Notes under the pieces: model-generated | What the model was told of the DNA's origin: nothing | Database searches by the model: none | Seen by the model: the letters and a program-made list of their open reading frames with translations, nothing else | Origin: an uncultured Candidatus Binatia bacterium | GTDB taxonomy: Bacteria > Desulfobacterota > Binatia > UBA9968 > JAJDTQ01 | DNA length: 64,000 nucleotides | Direction of reading: 5' to 3' | NCBI GenBank assembly: GCA_965242525.1 | Contig: OZ251459.1 | Coordinates: 3,392,001 to 3,456,000, forward strand | Made by a program: the position numbers and the translations under genes | Shown here: positions 29,361 through 38,226 of the stretch, one piece after another | Layout: each line of letters starts with the position of its first letter | Numbering within the stretch: position 1 is the first letter of the stretch

Positions 29361-30410
29361 CTACCGCGTGGCTACCGCGTGCGCGATGTGCTCTTGTCTT
29401 GGATACAAGGACTTGGACCCCGGTCCGACCCCCACCCAATCCACGGATACGCCGATGGACTGCTCGACCGCTTTGACGAACTCCTCCGCCTTGTCCGTGA
29501 CTCGTTCCTCTTCCCGGCAGCGCCAATCCACGTAATCGAGATGGTTGAGGACCACCCGGCTAGGCGAGTTCGCCTGGATCGCCTGCAGCACGACCTCGGC
29601 GTCGAACCTTGCGACTCGACGGATTCGTCGGGTCACACTGGTCTTCTCCACTATGCGCCCATCGGCACCCGACTCCCGGGCCACGGTGTTCCAGTCCATT
29701 TCCCGCGGAAGCGGGCCGGAGTTTCCCGACACCCGTATGGGGAAGGCCCGGAGCACCAGGATCACATCGTCCACGTCGAGAGGACTCAGGCCGACCTCCG
29801 AAAGGAACCCTGCGGCCGTGGTGTCACGTGACGTCACGTGTGGATAATGATCCGAATGAAGCAGGGACAAACCAAAGCCCTGGGTCCCTTCGACGATCAC
29901 CCGGCGGTTCTGCTGCAAGCAACGCCGCGCCATTTCCCTGACAGGCTGGAGGTAGGGTTGCAACCGTGGGTCGTCCGCGGCCCTCTTCGACCGGCCTTGG
30001 CGCTCTATGCGCCGTATGACCGCGCCGCCGGTACCGGTCAGGGTGGAGCCGATGAGAGATCCCAACCCTGCCTTCCGCTCCCTTTCCCTGTCTTCCTCGG
30101 TAATCACGAAGGCGTTCGGGTCCACGCTCACTCGGTCACATGCGAGGGAGGGGTTGCTCAGTTCCTCCAGGAAGACCTCCACGTCGATGTAGGAGCCGGC
30201 CCCTATGGCGCAGTGGATTCCGGGGATGAGGCAGGCGGTGGGCAGGCAGCGGAAGACGTGGCGTCGCCCGTCTTCGACCACCGTGTGGCCGGAGTTGGGG
30301 CCTCCGGTTCGGATGGCAACGGCCGCTTTTAGCTGTCCGGCCAGGAAGTGGGCGACCTTGCCCTTCCCCTCCGAGCCGTACTGACCGCCGACCACGATGG
30401 AAACCGGCAT
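29361..30410 (-). CDS. Adenylosuccinate-synthetase homologue with PurZ/PurZ0-type signature (candidate 2-amino-dAMP-succinate synthetase)
   Basis: 'GGQYGSEGKGK' (Ser for the PurA Asp), 'GGPNSGHT', 'IGSTLTG', 'EGTQGFGL', 'TSRD', 'FPIRVSGNSG', 'EKTSVTRRIRRV', 'NHLD', 'GVGP'; short archaeal/phage-type length of 349 aa. Confidence 0.85.
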   Translation of the reverse strand: MPVSIVVGGQYGSEGKGKVAHFLAGQLKAAVAIRTGGPNSGHTVVEDGRRHVFRCLPTACLIPGIHCAIGAGSYIDVEVFLEELSNPSLACDRVSVDPNAFVITEEDRERERKAGLGSLIGSTLTGTGGAVIRRIERQGRSKRAADDPRLQPYLQPVREMARRCLQQNRRVIVEGTQGFGLSLLHSDHYPHVTSRDTTAAGFLSEVGLSPLDVDDVILVLRAFPIRVSGNSGPLPREMDWNTVARESGADGRIVEKTSVTRRIRRVARFDAEVVLQAIQANSPSRVVLNHLDYVDWRCREEERVTDKAEEFVKAVEQSIGVSVDWVGVGPGSKSLYPRQEHIAHAVATR

Positions 30411-30420
30411 GGCAGGACCT

Positions 30421-32511
30421 TTACACGAAGTTCAGTCGATGCTCAAGGCGTTCCAGCACTTCGGCACAGAGGTCGTCCTTGGTGCGGTCGTTTGCCGCCC
30501 GGACGTGCGCGAGTTCGCCGAGCATGGCGACGCCCCGTTCCGAGAGGTGTCGGAGGGACTGCTCCCGACCGGAGCCCTTTGCGGACGCCTTCGCGGGCGA
30601 AGGCCCGTCCTGCCTTCCATCCTCACGGGTCAGGTGCACGTGGACGAAGGCCGGACCGTAGGTCTCGACCAGGAAGGCATGGTCTTCGGGGAAGCGGAGT
30701 CCGTCGATGACGACGCTGCCCTCCGAGGGCAAACGCTCCTTCAACCGGCGGCAGAGCCAGCGCTGTCCGGGGGCCTCGTGGATCTGCGCCCCCAGGTCCT
30801 GGAGCGCCTTTTGGCTTACGGGACGCCCGTCCTTCCGCAGTTCGTCTTCGAGCACTTGGCTGAACCTTCCGTAGGCGTAGCCCCGGCTTTCCAGGAAACG
30901 GGCAACGGTGGTCTTGCCGGCGCCAGTCTCGCCGCTCAAACCCGCCACGCGCCGGTCCAGCCAGTCCCCGGGCTGGCGGGCAAGGTCCGGCACGATGAGG
31001 TATTCTTCCTCGTCGTTGCCCAGGGCCTCGAACTTTCCCGTCCAGAAGAACAGGCCCACCAGGGCGGACGTGATGGCGTCTAGTTCGTCGTGGGACAGCT
31101 TGTCCGAAGCGATGGGTCCGCGGACCCCGAAATCGAGCAGGGCCCGGGTCAGGTGCTCCAGGCCCTTCTTCTTCCGGGGGATCCCCAGGATGTCCTGGGC
31201 GGCGCCGGGGTAGCTTTCGATGACCGGGATGCCGAGCTTCCGAAAGTGCGTCGCCAGACGGATGCCCCGGGCGGTGAGGCCCTGCATGTTCAGGATCAGC
31301 GTGGGATAGACGTGGACGCCCCGCGCCCGGAGCAGTCGCTCGCATTCCCGGGTGATGCCGAACTCCTCCCTGGCCGGGTCGTCGTCGGTGGTGCGGGTGC
31401 GCCCGTACGGCAGGGACAGGGGGGAGTCGATGGACACCATGTGCGGCCGGGCGCAGACGGTCTCGCTGATGAGGTCCAGGTCGCTGCCGATGCGCTGCGT
31501 CAGGGCGTAGTCGTCCGTGAGCAGGCACCACCCGGAGGCCCGGGCCTCCGACCCGGTCAGGTCGATGCCCACCACGCGCAGCGGCCGTTCGCGCACGGCC
31601 CCGGTCAACTGCCCGTAGGTGGTGCGGGGACCCTTCGCGCCCCGGTAGGGCGGCACGTAGATCCGATGCCCGGCCTCGGCCTTTCGGCTGGCGGCCCATG
31701 CCAGCCTCCGGGGTTTGGCCAGGAACCGGGGCGGCGGCGTGCGGAGGACTTCGGCCACCCCGTCCGCGGCCTTGCGCCGGATGGCCTCGTCCAGGATCGC
31801 CTGCATGCCCACGATGTCCGCATGGTTGTATTCGATGAGGGTCTTGCAGGCCGCGTCGTCTCCCATCTGGTACTGGTACCAGAGCACCGGGGCCATGGCC
31901 CCGTCCACGTCGGCCACATGGCTTCGCCCCTCCACGCGGATGGACCGCTCGATGGCCTTCTGGTTGCCCACCAACCCCACGGACCGGCCGAAGAACCGCA
32001 GGTCCACGTGGGCCTCGGGGAGCTTCACGTCGGGGAACTCCCGCTCCATGAACTTGGTGTCGAACACCGAGCCGTTGAAGGTCACCAGGCAGGCGGCCCG
32101 GGACAGCAGGCGGGCCAGCGCCGCCTTGCTGCCGCCCCGGACGTGGCAGTAGTACTCGTCGGCCAGGCCGACGCCCACGATGGTGACGTAATCGTAGTAG
32201 ATGCTCAGGCCGGTGGTCTCCACGTCCAGGAACGCGGTGGACCGGGGCAGGGTCAGGGCGATGCGGTAATGCTCCCGCCGGGGCAGCCGACGGGCGAAGA
32301 AGTCCATGTCCCCCCGGGCCAGGGCGGCGCGGGATTCGGCCAGTTCGGACAGCAGGGCCGGGACCGACCCGGCCTCCCGGGGCCAGGGAAAGCCTGCCTG
32401 GGGGAAAGAGGCGCGTTCGAGGTCGTCCCAGGTGCGTATCCCCTGTTCCCAGAGCGCCCGCTCCTTCCTGGCCCCGATCCCCGGTAGGTGGATGAACGTG
32501 GATTCCAGCAC
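30421..32511 (-). CDS. Fusion protein: HhH + DEDD/RNase_H_2 (YprB-like) exonuclease + DUF429 RNase H-like nuclease + P-loop NMP-kinase-like domain
   Basis: 'HLPGIGARKE'; 'FLDVETTGL...TFNGSVFD...HVDL...YNHAD'; 'VGIDL...SIDSPL...RECE...IESYPGA...HDELDA'; 'GLSGETGAGKTT...VVIDGLRFPED'. Confidence 0.85.
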   Translation of the reverse strand: MLESTFIHLPGIGARKERALWEQGIRTWDDLERASFPQAGFPWPREAGSVPALLSELAESRAALARGDMDFFARRLPRREHYRIALTLPRSTAFLDVETTGLSIYYDYVTIVGVGLADEYYCHVRGGSKAALARLLSRAACLVTFNGSVFDTKFMEREFPDVKLPEAHVDLRFFGRSVGLVGNQKAIERSIRVEGRSHVADVDGAMAPVLWYQYQMGDDAACKTLIEYNHADIVGMQAILDEAIRRKAADGVAEVLRTPPPRFLAKPRRLAWAASRKAEAGHRIYVPPYRGAKGPRTTYGQLTGAVRERPLRVVGIDLTGSEARASGWCLLTDDYALTQRIGSDLDLISETVCARPHMVSIDSPLSLPYGRTRTTDDDPAREEFGITRECERLLRARGVHVYPTLILNMQGLTARGIRLATHFRKLGIPVIESYPGAAQDILGIPRKKKGLEHLTRALLDFGVRGPIASDKLSHDELDAITSALVGLFFWTGKFEALGNDEEEYLIVPDLARQPGDWLDRRVAGLSGETGAGKTTVARFLESRGYAYGRFSQVLEDELRKDGRPVSQKALQDLGAQIHEAPGQRWLCRRLKERLPSEGSVVIDGLRFPEDHAFLVETYGPAFVHVHLTREDGRQDGPSPAKASAKGSGREQSLRHLSERGVAMLGELAHVRAANDRTKDDLCAEVLERLEHRLNFV

Positions 32512-32528
32512 ACCCGGCTATTCCTCGG

Positions 32529-33053
32529 CTATTCCTTCAGGAGGCGTTGTATCTCGCTCTCCATCTCCGCGTAGCCCCCCTCGCCGAAACGGGTGTAACG
32601 GACCACGCCGCCCTTATCGACGATGTGCAGCGTGGGCCAGTAGCGGGTGCCGTAGCGTTTCCAGGTGGCGAAGTCGTTGTCCAGCGCCACCGGAAACTCC
32701 ACGCCCAGCCGCTTGCAAGCCTTCCGGACCTTGTCCGGGTCGTGTTCCCAGGCGAACTCCGGCGAGTGGATGCCCACCACCAGGAAGCCCTGGGGTCCAT
32801 ATTTCTCGTGCCAGCCCGCCAACTGCGGGATCGTGTTGGTGCAGTTGATTCAGCCGTAGGTCCAGAACTCGATGAGGACCACCTTCCCCCGCAGGTCCTT
32901 CAGGCGCAACGGCTCCGAGTTGATCCACGTCTCGTTGGTGAACTCCGGCGCCTCCTTGCCCAGCAGGGAGGCCCCGGCCCCGCCGGCAGCCGCCAGCGCC
33001 AGGAACCCCGCAAGGGCCGCAAGCGCGAGTATCCGCATCCCGGATTGCTTCAT
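32529..33053 (-). CDS. Exported thioredoxin/redoxin (DipZ-C-like), predicted selenoprotein with UxxC
   Basis: Track ORFs 32850..33053 and 32529..32822 are in one frame: 'LIEFWTYG-TGA-INCTNTIPQL...GIHSPEF...DNDF..W...YWP'. The TGA sits at the first Cys of CxxC. Confidence 0.88.
32815..32829 (-). promoter_or_regulatory. Candidate bacterial SECIS apical hairpin
   Basis: mRNA CCCGC-AGUUG-GCGGG begins 20 nt 3' of the UGA, with GU at the 5' side of the loop. Confidence 0.6.
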
Positions 33054-33318
33054 GTGTCCGTACCTCCGACGCCATTATGCCGATCTTGCGGCACGGAAAC
33101 AATCCCCATGCGCGGCCCGACCCGGCGCGGGCGGGGGCCATGCGGGTCCTCGGGCAGACCGGGGGCCGCGGAGGCCGGAAGGCGCTGGAAACCCCGTATG
33201 CCTTGCTGCATAATGATCGACCGCGCGGCGAGAAAGGAGAGGGCCGTTTCCCCCTGACGGGTCGCCGGTCCACCCGCGGTCGGCCCCGCGTGCGGCGGTC
33301 CCTGGAAGGAAAGTACGA

Positions 33319-34227
33319 ATGCTCTACGACTATGTGGCCCTGCCGGACCGCCCGCGGCTGCGGTGGCCCGGGGGCGCGCGGGTGGCGCTCGTCTTCACCA
33401 TCAACGTCGAGTACTGGGAGATGACCCGGGAGGGCGCGGAGCCGCTCTATCCCGGAGGTCCGGCGACCATCCCCCACGTGCTTCCGGGCAACGTCCCCGA
33501 CTACGCCAACTGGACTTGGCGGGAGTACGGCCAGCGCGTGGGGGTCTGGCGCATCATCGACGCGTTCGACAAGGCGGGCGTACCGGCCACCTGCACCATG
33601 AACGCGCTGACCGGCATCGAGCGCCGCCGCATCATCGACGCCGCCAACGAACGCGGCTGGGAGATCCTCGCCCACAACTACGCCCAGAACGACGTGCTGA
33701 CCGGCTACGCCAACCGCCCGGACGAGGAGCGCGAGGTGATCCGCCGGACCCTGGACGTCTATGCCGACGTGGTGGGCCGACCGGCCCGGGGCTGGCTGTC
33801 GTCGTCCCTCCGCAGCACCCACGAGACCCCGCACATCCTCAAGGAGCTCGGGCTGCTGTTCCAGTCGGACTACCTGAACGACGACCAGCCCTACCTGCTC
33901 CACACCCGCCACGGCCCCCTGGTGTGCATCCCCTATTCCAACGACGTGAACGACTTCGCCGTCTTCTCCCGGGGCGGACGGACCACGTCCCAGGCGCTGG
34001 AGCTCTTCGAGGAGCAGTTCGACCAACTCTACCTCGAAGGCGAAGAGACCGGACGCATCATGAACGTGGGCCTCCACCCCCACGTCATGGGCCAGGCATA
34101 CGCCGTCCGGGCCCTGCGCGAGTTCCTCGACTACGCCAAGAGCTTCGAGGGAGTGTGGTATCCCAAGCGCGAGGAGATGGCGGAATGGTACCTGGAGCAG
34201 CAGGGATCGGCACCGGGGCGCGGCTGA
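33319..34227 (+). CDS. Polysaccharide deacetylase family protein (PuuE-like)
   Basis: 'WPGGARVAL', 'EYGQRVGVWR', 'WEILAHNY', 'RGWLSS', 'DDQPY', 'IPYS...ND', 'GLHPHVMG'. Confidence 0.9.
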   Translation: MLYDYVALPDRPRLRWPGGARVALVFTINVEYWEMTREGAEPLYPGGPATIPHVLPGNVPDYANWTWREYGQRVGVWRIIDAFDKAGVPATCTMNALTGIERRRIIDAANERGWEILAHNYAQNDVLTGYANRPDEEREVIRRTLDVYADVVGRPARGWLSSSLRSTHETPHILKELGLLFQSDYLNDDQPYLLHTRHGPLVCIPYSNDVNDFAVFSRGGRTTSQALELFEEQFDQLYLEGEETGRIMNVGLHPHVMGQAYAVRALREFLDYAKSFEGVWYPKREEMAEWYLEQQGSAPGRG

Positions 34228-34264
34228 CGCCCGCGGGCGCCGGCCCGGCCCGCACGGAGGACGC

Positions 34265-34398
34265 ATGGAACCGTATCGAGTCGCGTTGATCCAGCAGCAG
34301 ACCCGGGTGATCGTGGAGCCGAAGCAGCGCAACCGGATCGTGGACGCAAGATCATCGACCGGCTGGTGCGAGAAGGAAGCCTGGTGAAGCCCGAATGA
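34265..34398 (+). pseudogene. Internally deleted gene relic (nitrilase/C-N hydrolase-like N-terminus joined out of frame to a C-terminus)
   Basis: GGAGG RBS + ATG 'MEPYRVALIQQQTRVIVEPKQRNRIV', then in another frame 'RKIIDRLVREGSLVKPE*', whose TGA overlaps the next ATG (ATGA). Confidence 0.55.
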
Positions 34399-35840
34399 GG
34401 CGGCGCGAAGCCGACGTGGTGGTGGTGGGCTACGGCGGCGCCGGCGCGGCCGCGGCCATCGCCGCGTGCGACCGCGGCGCCCGGGTCCTCATCATCGAGA
34501 AGGAGGCCCATGGGGGCGGCAACACCCGGCTCTCGTCCGGCTCGGTGCGGACCTTCGGCGCAGTGGAGCGGGCGGTGGAGCACGTGGCGTTCCTGTGCGG
34601 CGGCGCCACCGACCCGGAGGTCATCGAAGCCCTGGTGCGGGAGAGCGGCCACAACGAGTCGTGGCTGCGCTCCCTCGGGGGCGAGGTGCGCGTGGACCCG
34701 CTGCACGCCCCGCCCGCAAGCTATCCCATCTATCCTTCGGGTGCGGCGTCACCCGGGCAGCCGGGAGCGGACGGGGTGGGACCGCGGCTGCGGGTGGCCG
34801 GCCCGGCCACCGCCAACGGGCGCGACCTGTGGGCGCTGCTGGCCCGGAACGTGGAGGCGCGGCGCATCCCCGTGCTCTGCCAAAGCCCGGCCGCGCGGCT
34901 CTTGCGCGGTCGGGACGGCGCGGTCAACGGGGTGCTCGTCCGGGACCCCGGAGGCGACCTCCGCATCCGCGCCCGCAAGGCCGTGGTGCTCGCCTGCGGC
35001 GGCTACGAACGGGACCCCGACATGCAGGTCCAGTTCCTGGGCCAACGGTACGAGACCCTGGGGGCGCCGGGCCACACCGGGGACGGCGTGCGCATGGCCG
35101 CGGACGCGGGCGCGTCCCTGTGGCACATGAACGCGGTGGCCGCGGGCTTCGGCTACCGGGTGGACGGGTTCGACTGCGCCGTCATCCACGCCATGCCGGA
35201 CCCGGGGTTCATCTACGTGGACCGAAGGGCGCGCCGTTTCGTGGACGAGACCGCCATGGACGCCCACGCGGTGGGCTCGCTGGTGGCGGAACTGGACATG
35301 GAGACCATGGAGCGGCCCCGGGTGCCGTCCTTCGTGGTCTTCGACGAGCGCACGCGGCTGGCCGGCCCGGTGGGCAACACCGAACGGGGCGCCGCTGCCG
35401 AGCTGTATCGGTGGAGCGAAGACAACGCCGCAGAGGTCGCCCGGGGCTGGATCCGCACGGGCGCGACCCCGGGGGACTTGGCCGACGCTCTGGGACTCGA
35501 CCCGGGAGCCCTCGAACGGACCGTCCGGGAATACAACTTGGCGTGCGCCCGGGGGCGCGACCCGGACCTGGGGCGCGCACCGGCCACCCTGCGGCCGCTG
35601 GAGCGCAGTCCGTTCTACGGCGCCGCGCTGTGGCCCTCCCTGTTCAACACCCAGGGCGGCCCCCGGCGCAACGCCCGGGCCCAGGTGCTGGACGCCTGGG
35701 GCAAGCCCATCCGGGGGTTGTACGCCGCGGGCGAACTCGGCTCCCTGTGGTCCCGGAACTACCCGGGCGCGGGCAACCTGACCGAGGCCCTGGCTTTCGG
35801 CCGCATCGCCGGCCGCAACGCCGCGTCCGAGGGCGGGTGA
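34395..35840 (+). CDS. FAD-binding oxidoreductase (FAD_binding_2; fumarate reductase/ketosteroid dehydrogenase-like)
   Basis: 'DVVVVGYGGAG', 'GGNTRLSSG', 'LACGGY', 'TGDG', 'NTQGGP', 'GLYAAGE', 'FGRIAG'. Confidence 0.9.
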   Translation: MRRREADVVVVGYGGAGAAAAIAACDRGARVLIIEKEAHGGGNTRLSSGSVRTFGAVERAVEHVAFLCGGATDPEVIEALVRESGHNESWLRSLGGEVRVDPLHAPPASYPIYPSGAASPGQPGADGVGPRLRVAGPATANGRDLWALLARNVEARRIPVLCQSPAARLLRGRDGAVNGVLVRDPGGDLRIRARKAVVLACGGYERDPDMQVQFLGQRYETLGAPGHTGDGVRMAADAGASLWHMNAVAAGFGYRVDGFDCAVIHAMPDPGFIYVDRRARRFVDETAMDAHAVGSLVAELDMETMERPRVPSFVVFDERTRLAGPVGNTERGAAAELYRWSEDNAAEVARGWIRTGATPGDLADALGLDPGALERTVREYNLACARGRDPDLGRAPATLRPLERSPFYGAALWPSLFNTQGGPRRNARAQVLDAWGKPIRGLYAAGELGSLWSRNYPGAGNLTEALAFGRIAGRNAASEGG

Positions 35841-36054
35841 CGGCACAGGAACCCGGGCCGCGATTGGCCGGCGCTTGCAGGCGGCGACCGCGGGCGGTAC
35901 GGTAATGACGGGTCCTTCGACTTCGCTTCGCTACGCTCAGGACGAACGGGGAGCGTTGTACGGAGTTTCCCTGATCTTCGGGTCGTTGTAAGAGTTTCCC
36001 CTGATCTTCGATCCGGTCATCGGTCGGTCACACCCCTGAGGAAAGGAAAACACC

Positions 36055-36597
36055 ATGCACACCATCGGCAATATCGGAAGCAGGGTCAAGGCGGCAGGGA
36101 CGGCCCTTGCGCTGGGTCTCGTGGCGGTCTGCGGGCTTGGCGCATCCGCCGCGGACGCGGCCTCGCTGGAGGACCGGAACCGGGCCGTGGTCCTGCGCTA
36201 CATGCAGGAGGTCATCAACGAACGCAAGCTGGACGTGCTGGACGAGGTCATGGTGGAGGACTGGATCGCCCACAACCCCACCGAACCCAACGGCAGGGAG
36301 AACCTGAAGAAGTTCTTCGCGGGCATGTTCCAGCAGTTCCCCGAGATCCACGCCGACGTGAAGCGGGTCATCGCCGAAGGCGACCTGGTGGTGGTGCACG
36401 CGCACTACACCGGACGCAAGCAGGACCGGGGCAACGACTGGGCCAAAGGCTCCGGAGCGAACGTGGACATCTTCCGCCTGGTGGACGGCAAGATCGTGGA
36501 GCACTGGGACGTGGGCCAGCGCCCCATCCCGGAAAAGTCCGTCAACGGCAACAGCATGTTCGACGGCGGCGCGCTGTACAACTACCGCCGCCCATGA
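36055..36597 (+). CDS. Exported SnoaL/NTF2-like protein
   Basis: Signal peptide; 'NRAVV', 'IAEGDLVVVH', 'VDIFRLVDGKIVEHWD'. Confidence 0.88.
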   Translation: MHTIGNIGSRVKAAGTALALGLVAVCGLGASAADAASLEDRNRAVVLRYMQEVINERKLDVLDEVMVEDWIAHNPTEPNGRENLKKFFAGMFQQFPEIHADVKRVIAEGDLVVVHAHYTGRKQDRGNDWAKGSGANVDIFRLVDGKIVEHWDVGQRPIPEKSVNGNSMFDGGALYNYRRP

Positions 36598-36738
36598 AGC
36601 GCCGCCCGCTCCGCGAACGGGGGACACGAGGGACTACAACTATCCCCCGTTCGTCCTGAGCGTAGCGTAGCGAAGTCGAAGGACGCGCTTTCCCATAGGG
36701 AGAAGGAAATCAGGAGAGCCGAGCCGCAAGGAGCCGCG

Positions 36739-38226
36739 TTGGAATCCATCGAATTCGTTGACACGACCCTGCGTGACGGCCACCAGAGCCTGTGGGCCGA
36801 GTCCATGCGCACGGGCATGATGCTGGCGGTGGCGGACCGCATGGACCGGGCCGGCTTCCGGGGCATGGAGCTGATCTCCAGCTCCCACATCAAGAAATGC
36901 GTGCGGGAGCTGCGCGAGGACCCTTGGGAGCGTGTGCGGCTGGTGGCCGGGCGGATCCGGGAGACGCCGCTCCGGGTCATCATCGGCAGCCGCAACGGAT
37001 TCGAGCTCACGCCGGAATCCATACAGCGCATCTTCCTGGAGCGGATGGCGGCCAACGGCGTCCGCCAGGGCCGCATCTCCGACGAGTGGAACGACCCCGC
37101 GGGATGGCGCAAGACCGTGCGCATGGCCCGGGAAGCGGGGCTCGAACCCATCGTGAACATCATCTATTCCGTGTCTCCCAAGCACACCGACGAGTACTAC
37201 GCGGAGCGGGCGCGGCAGGCGGCCGCGCTGCCGGTGGCGCGGCTGTGCTTCAAGGACCCGGGGGGTCTGCTGACGCCGGAGCGTACCCGCGCGCTGACGC
37301 CGCTCATCAAGGAGCACGCCGGCGGCCTCCCGTTGGAGTTCCACACCCACTGCACCACCGGCCTGGGACCCCTGTGCTGCCTGGAGGCCGTCGAGCAGGG
37401 CGTGCGCATGGTCAACACCGCGCTGCCGCCCCTGGCCAACGGCTCGTCCAACCCGTCGCTGTTCAACGTCGCCGCCAACCTCCGGAGCCTGGGCTACGCC
37501 ACCGCGGTGGACGAGGACGCGCTGCGGCCCGTGTCCGAGTACTTCACCGCAGTGGCCCGCCGGGAAGGGCTGCCGGTGGGCGCGCCCGTGGAGTACGACT
37601 ACAACCAGTACCTGCACCAGGTGCCCGGGGGAATGATCTCGAACCTGCGCCACCAACTCGCGCGGGTGGGCCTCGGGGACCACATGGAAAGGGCCCTGGA
37701 AGAGGTCGTGCGGGTGCGGGAGGAACTGGGTTATCCCATCATGGTCACGCCCCTGTCCCAGTTCGTGGGAAGCCAGGCGGCCATCAACATCATCCTCGGA
37801 GAGCGCTACCGGGAGGTCACCGACCAGGTGATCCTCTACGCCCTGGGGCGCTGGGGCCGCGAAGGCAGCGACTCCATGGACCCGGACCTGAAGGACCGGA
37901 TCCTCTCGTCCCCGCGCGCCCGGGAACTGGCCGCGTGGCAGCCGCCGGAACCCACGGTCCGGGAGTTGCGGGCCAAGTACGGCGGCAGGTCCGACGAGGA
38001 GTTGCTGCTGCGGTACTTCCTCACGACGGACGAGATCGACGCCATGCGCGCCGCGGGCAGTCCCCGGGACTACCCCTTCGACGCCGCCACGTCCGCGCGC
38101 GCGGTAGAGCGGTTCGCCCGCCGGCAGGACTATTCGCACATCCGTGTCCGCAGCCGCGGCTTCGCCCTGAACCTGTCGCGGCAACCTCCCTCCGCGGAAA
38201 GTGGATTCCCGCTTTCGCGGGAATGA
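36739..38226 (+). CDS. Pyruvate/oxaloacetate carboxyltransferase (PycB/OadA-like, no biotinyl domain)
   Basis: 'DTTLRDGHQSL', 'EDPWER', 'FKDPGGLL', 'HTHCTTG', 'HQVPGGMISNL', 'GYPIMVTPLSQFVG'. Confidence 0.9.
   Translation: MESIEFVDTTLRDGHQSLWAESMRTGMMLAVADRMDRAGFRGMELISSSHIKKCVRELREDPWERVRLVAGRIRETPLRVIIGSRNGFELTPESIQRIFLERMAANGVRQGRISDEWNDPAGWRKTVRMAREAGLEPIVNIIYSVSPKHTDEYYAERARQAAALPVARLCFKDPGGLLTPERTRALTPLIKEHAGGLPLEFHTHCTTGLGPLCCLEAVEQGVRMVNTALPPLANGSSNPSLFNVAANLRSLGYATAVDEDALRPVSEYFTAVARREGLPVGAPVEYDYNQYLHQVPGGMISNLRHQLARVGLGDHMERALEEVVRVREELGYPIMVTPLSQFVGSQAAINIILGERYREVTDQVILYALGRWGREGSDSMDPDLKDRILSSPRARELAAWQPPEPTVRELRAKYGGRSDEELLLRYFLTTDEIDAMRAAGSPRDYPFDAATSARAVERFARRQDYSHIRVRSRGFALNLSRQPPSAESGFPLSRE

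Noticed and set aside
29361-30410. Ordinary housekeeping purA
   Set aside because: It lacks the catalytic Asp of GDEGKG and the TRVGxGP motif, is short, and sits in an accessory operon. The gene symbol is withheld.
23440-32511. Z-genome prophage
   Set aside because: No integrase, terminase, capsid, tail, DNA polymerase or DatZ/MazZ-like genes are recognisable.
32529-33053. Nonsense pseudogene or two separate small ORFs
   Set aside because: The TGA falls exactly at the redox Cys with a SECIS-like hairpin downstream, so selenocysteine is the better explanation.
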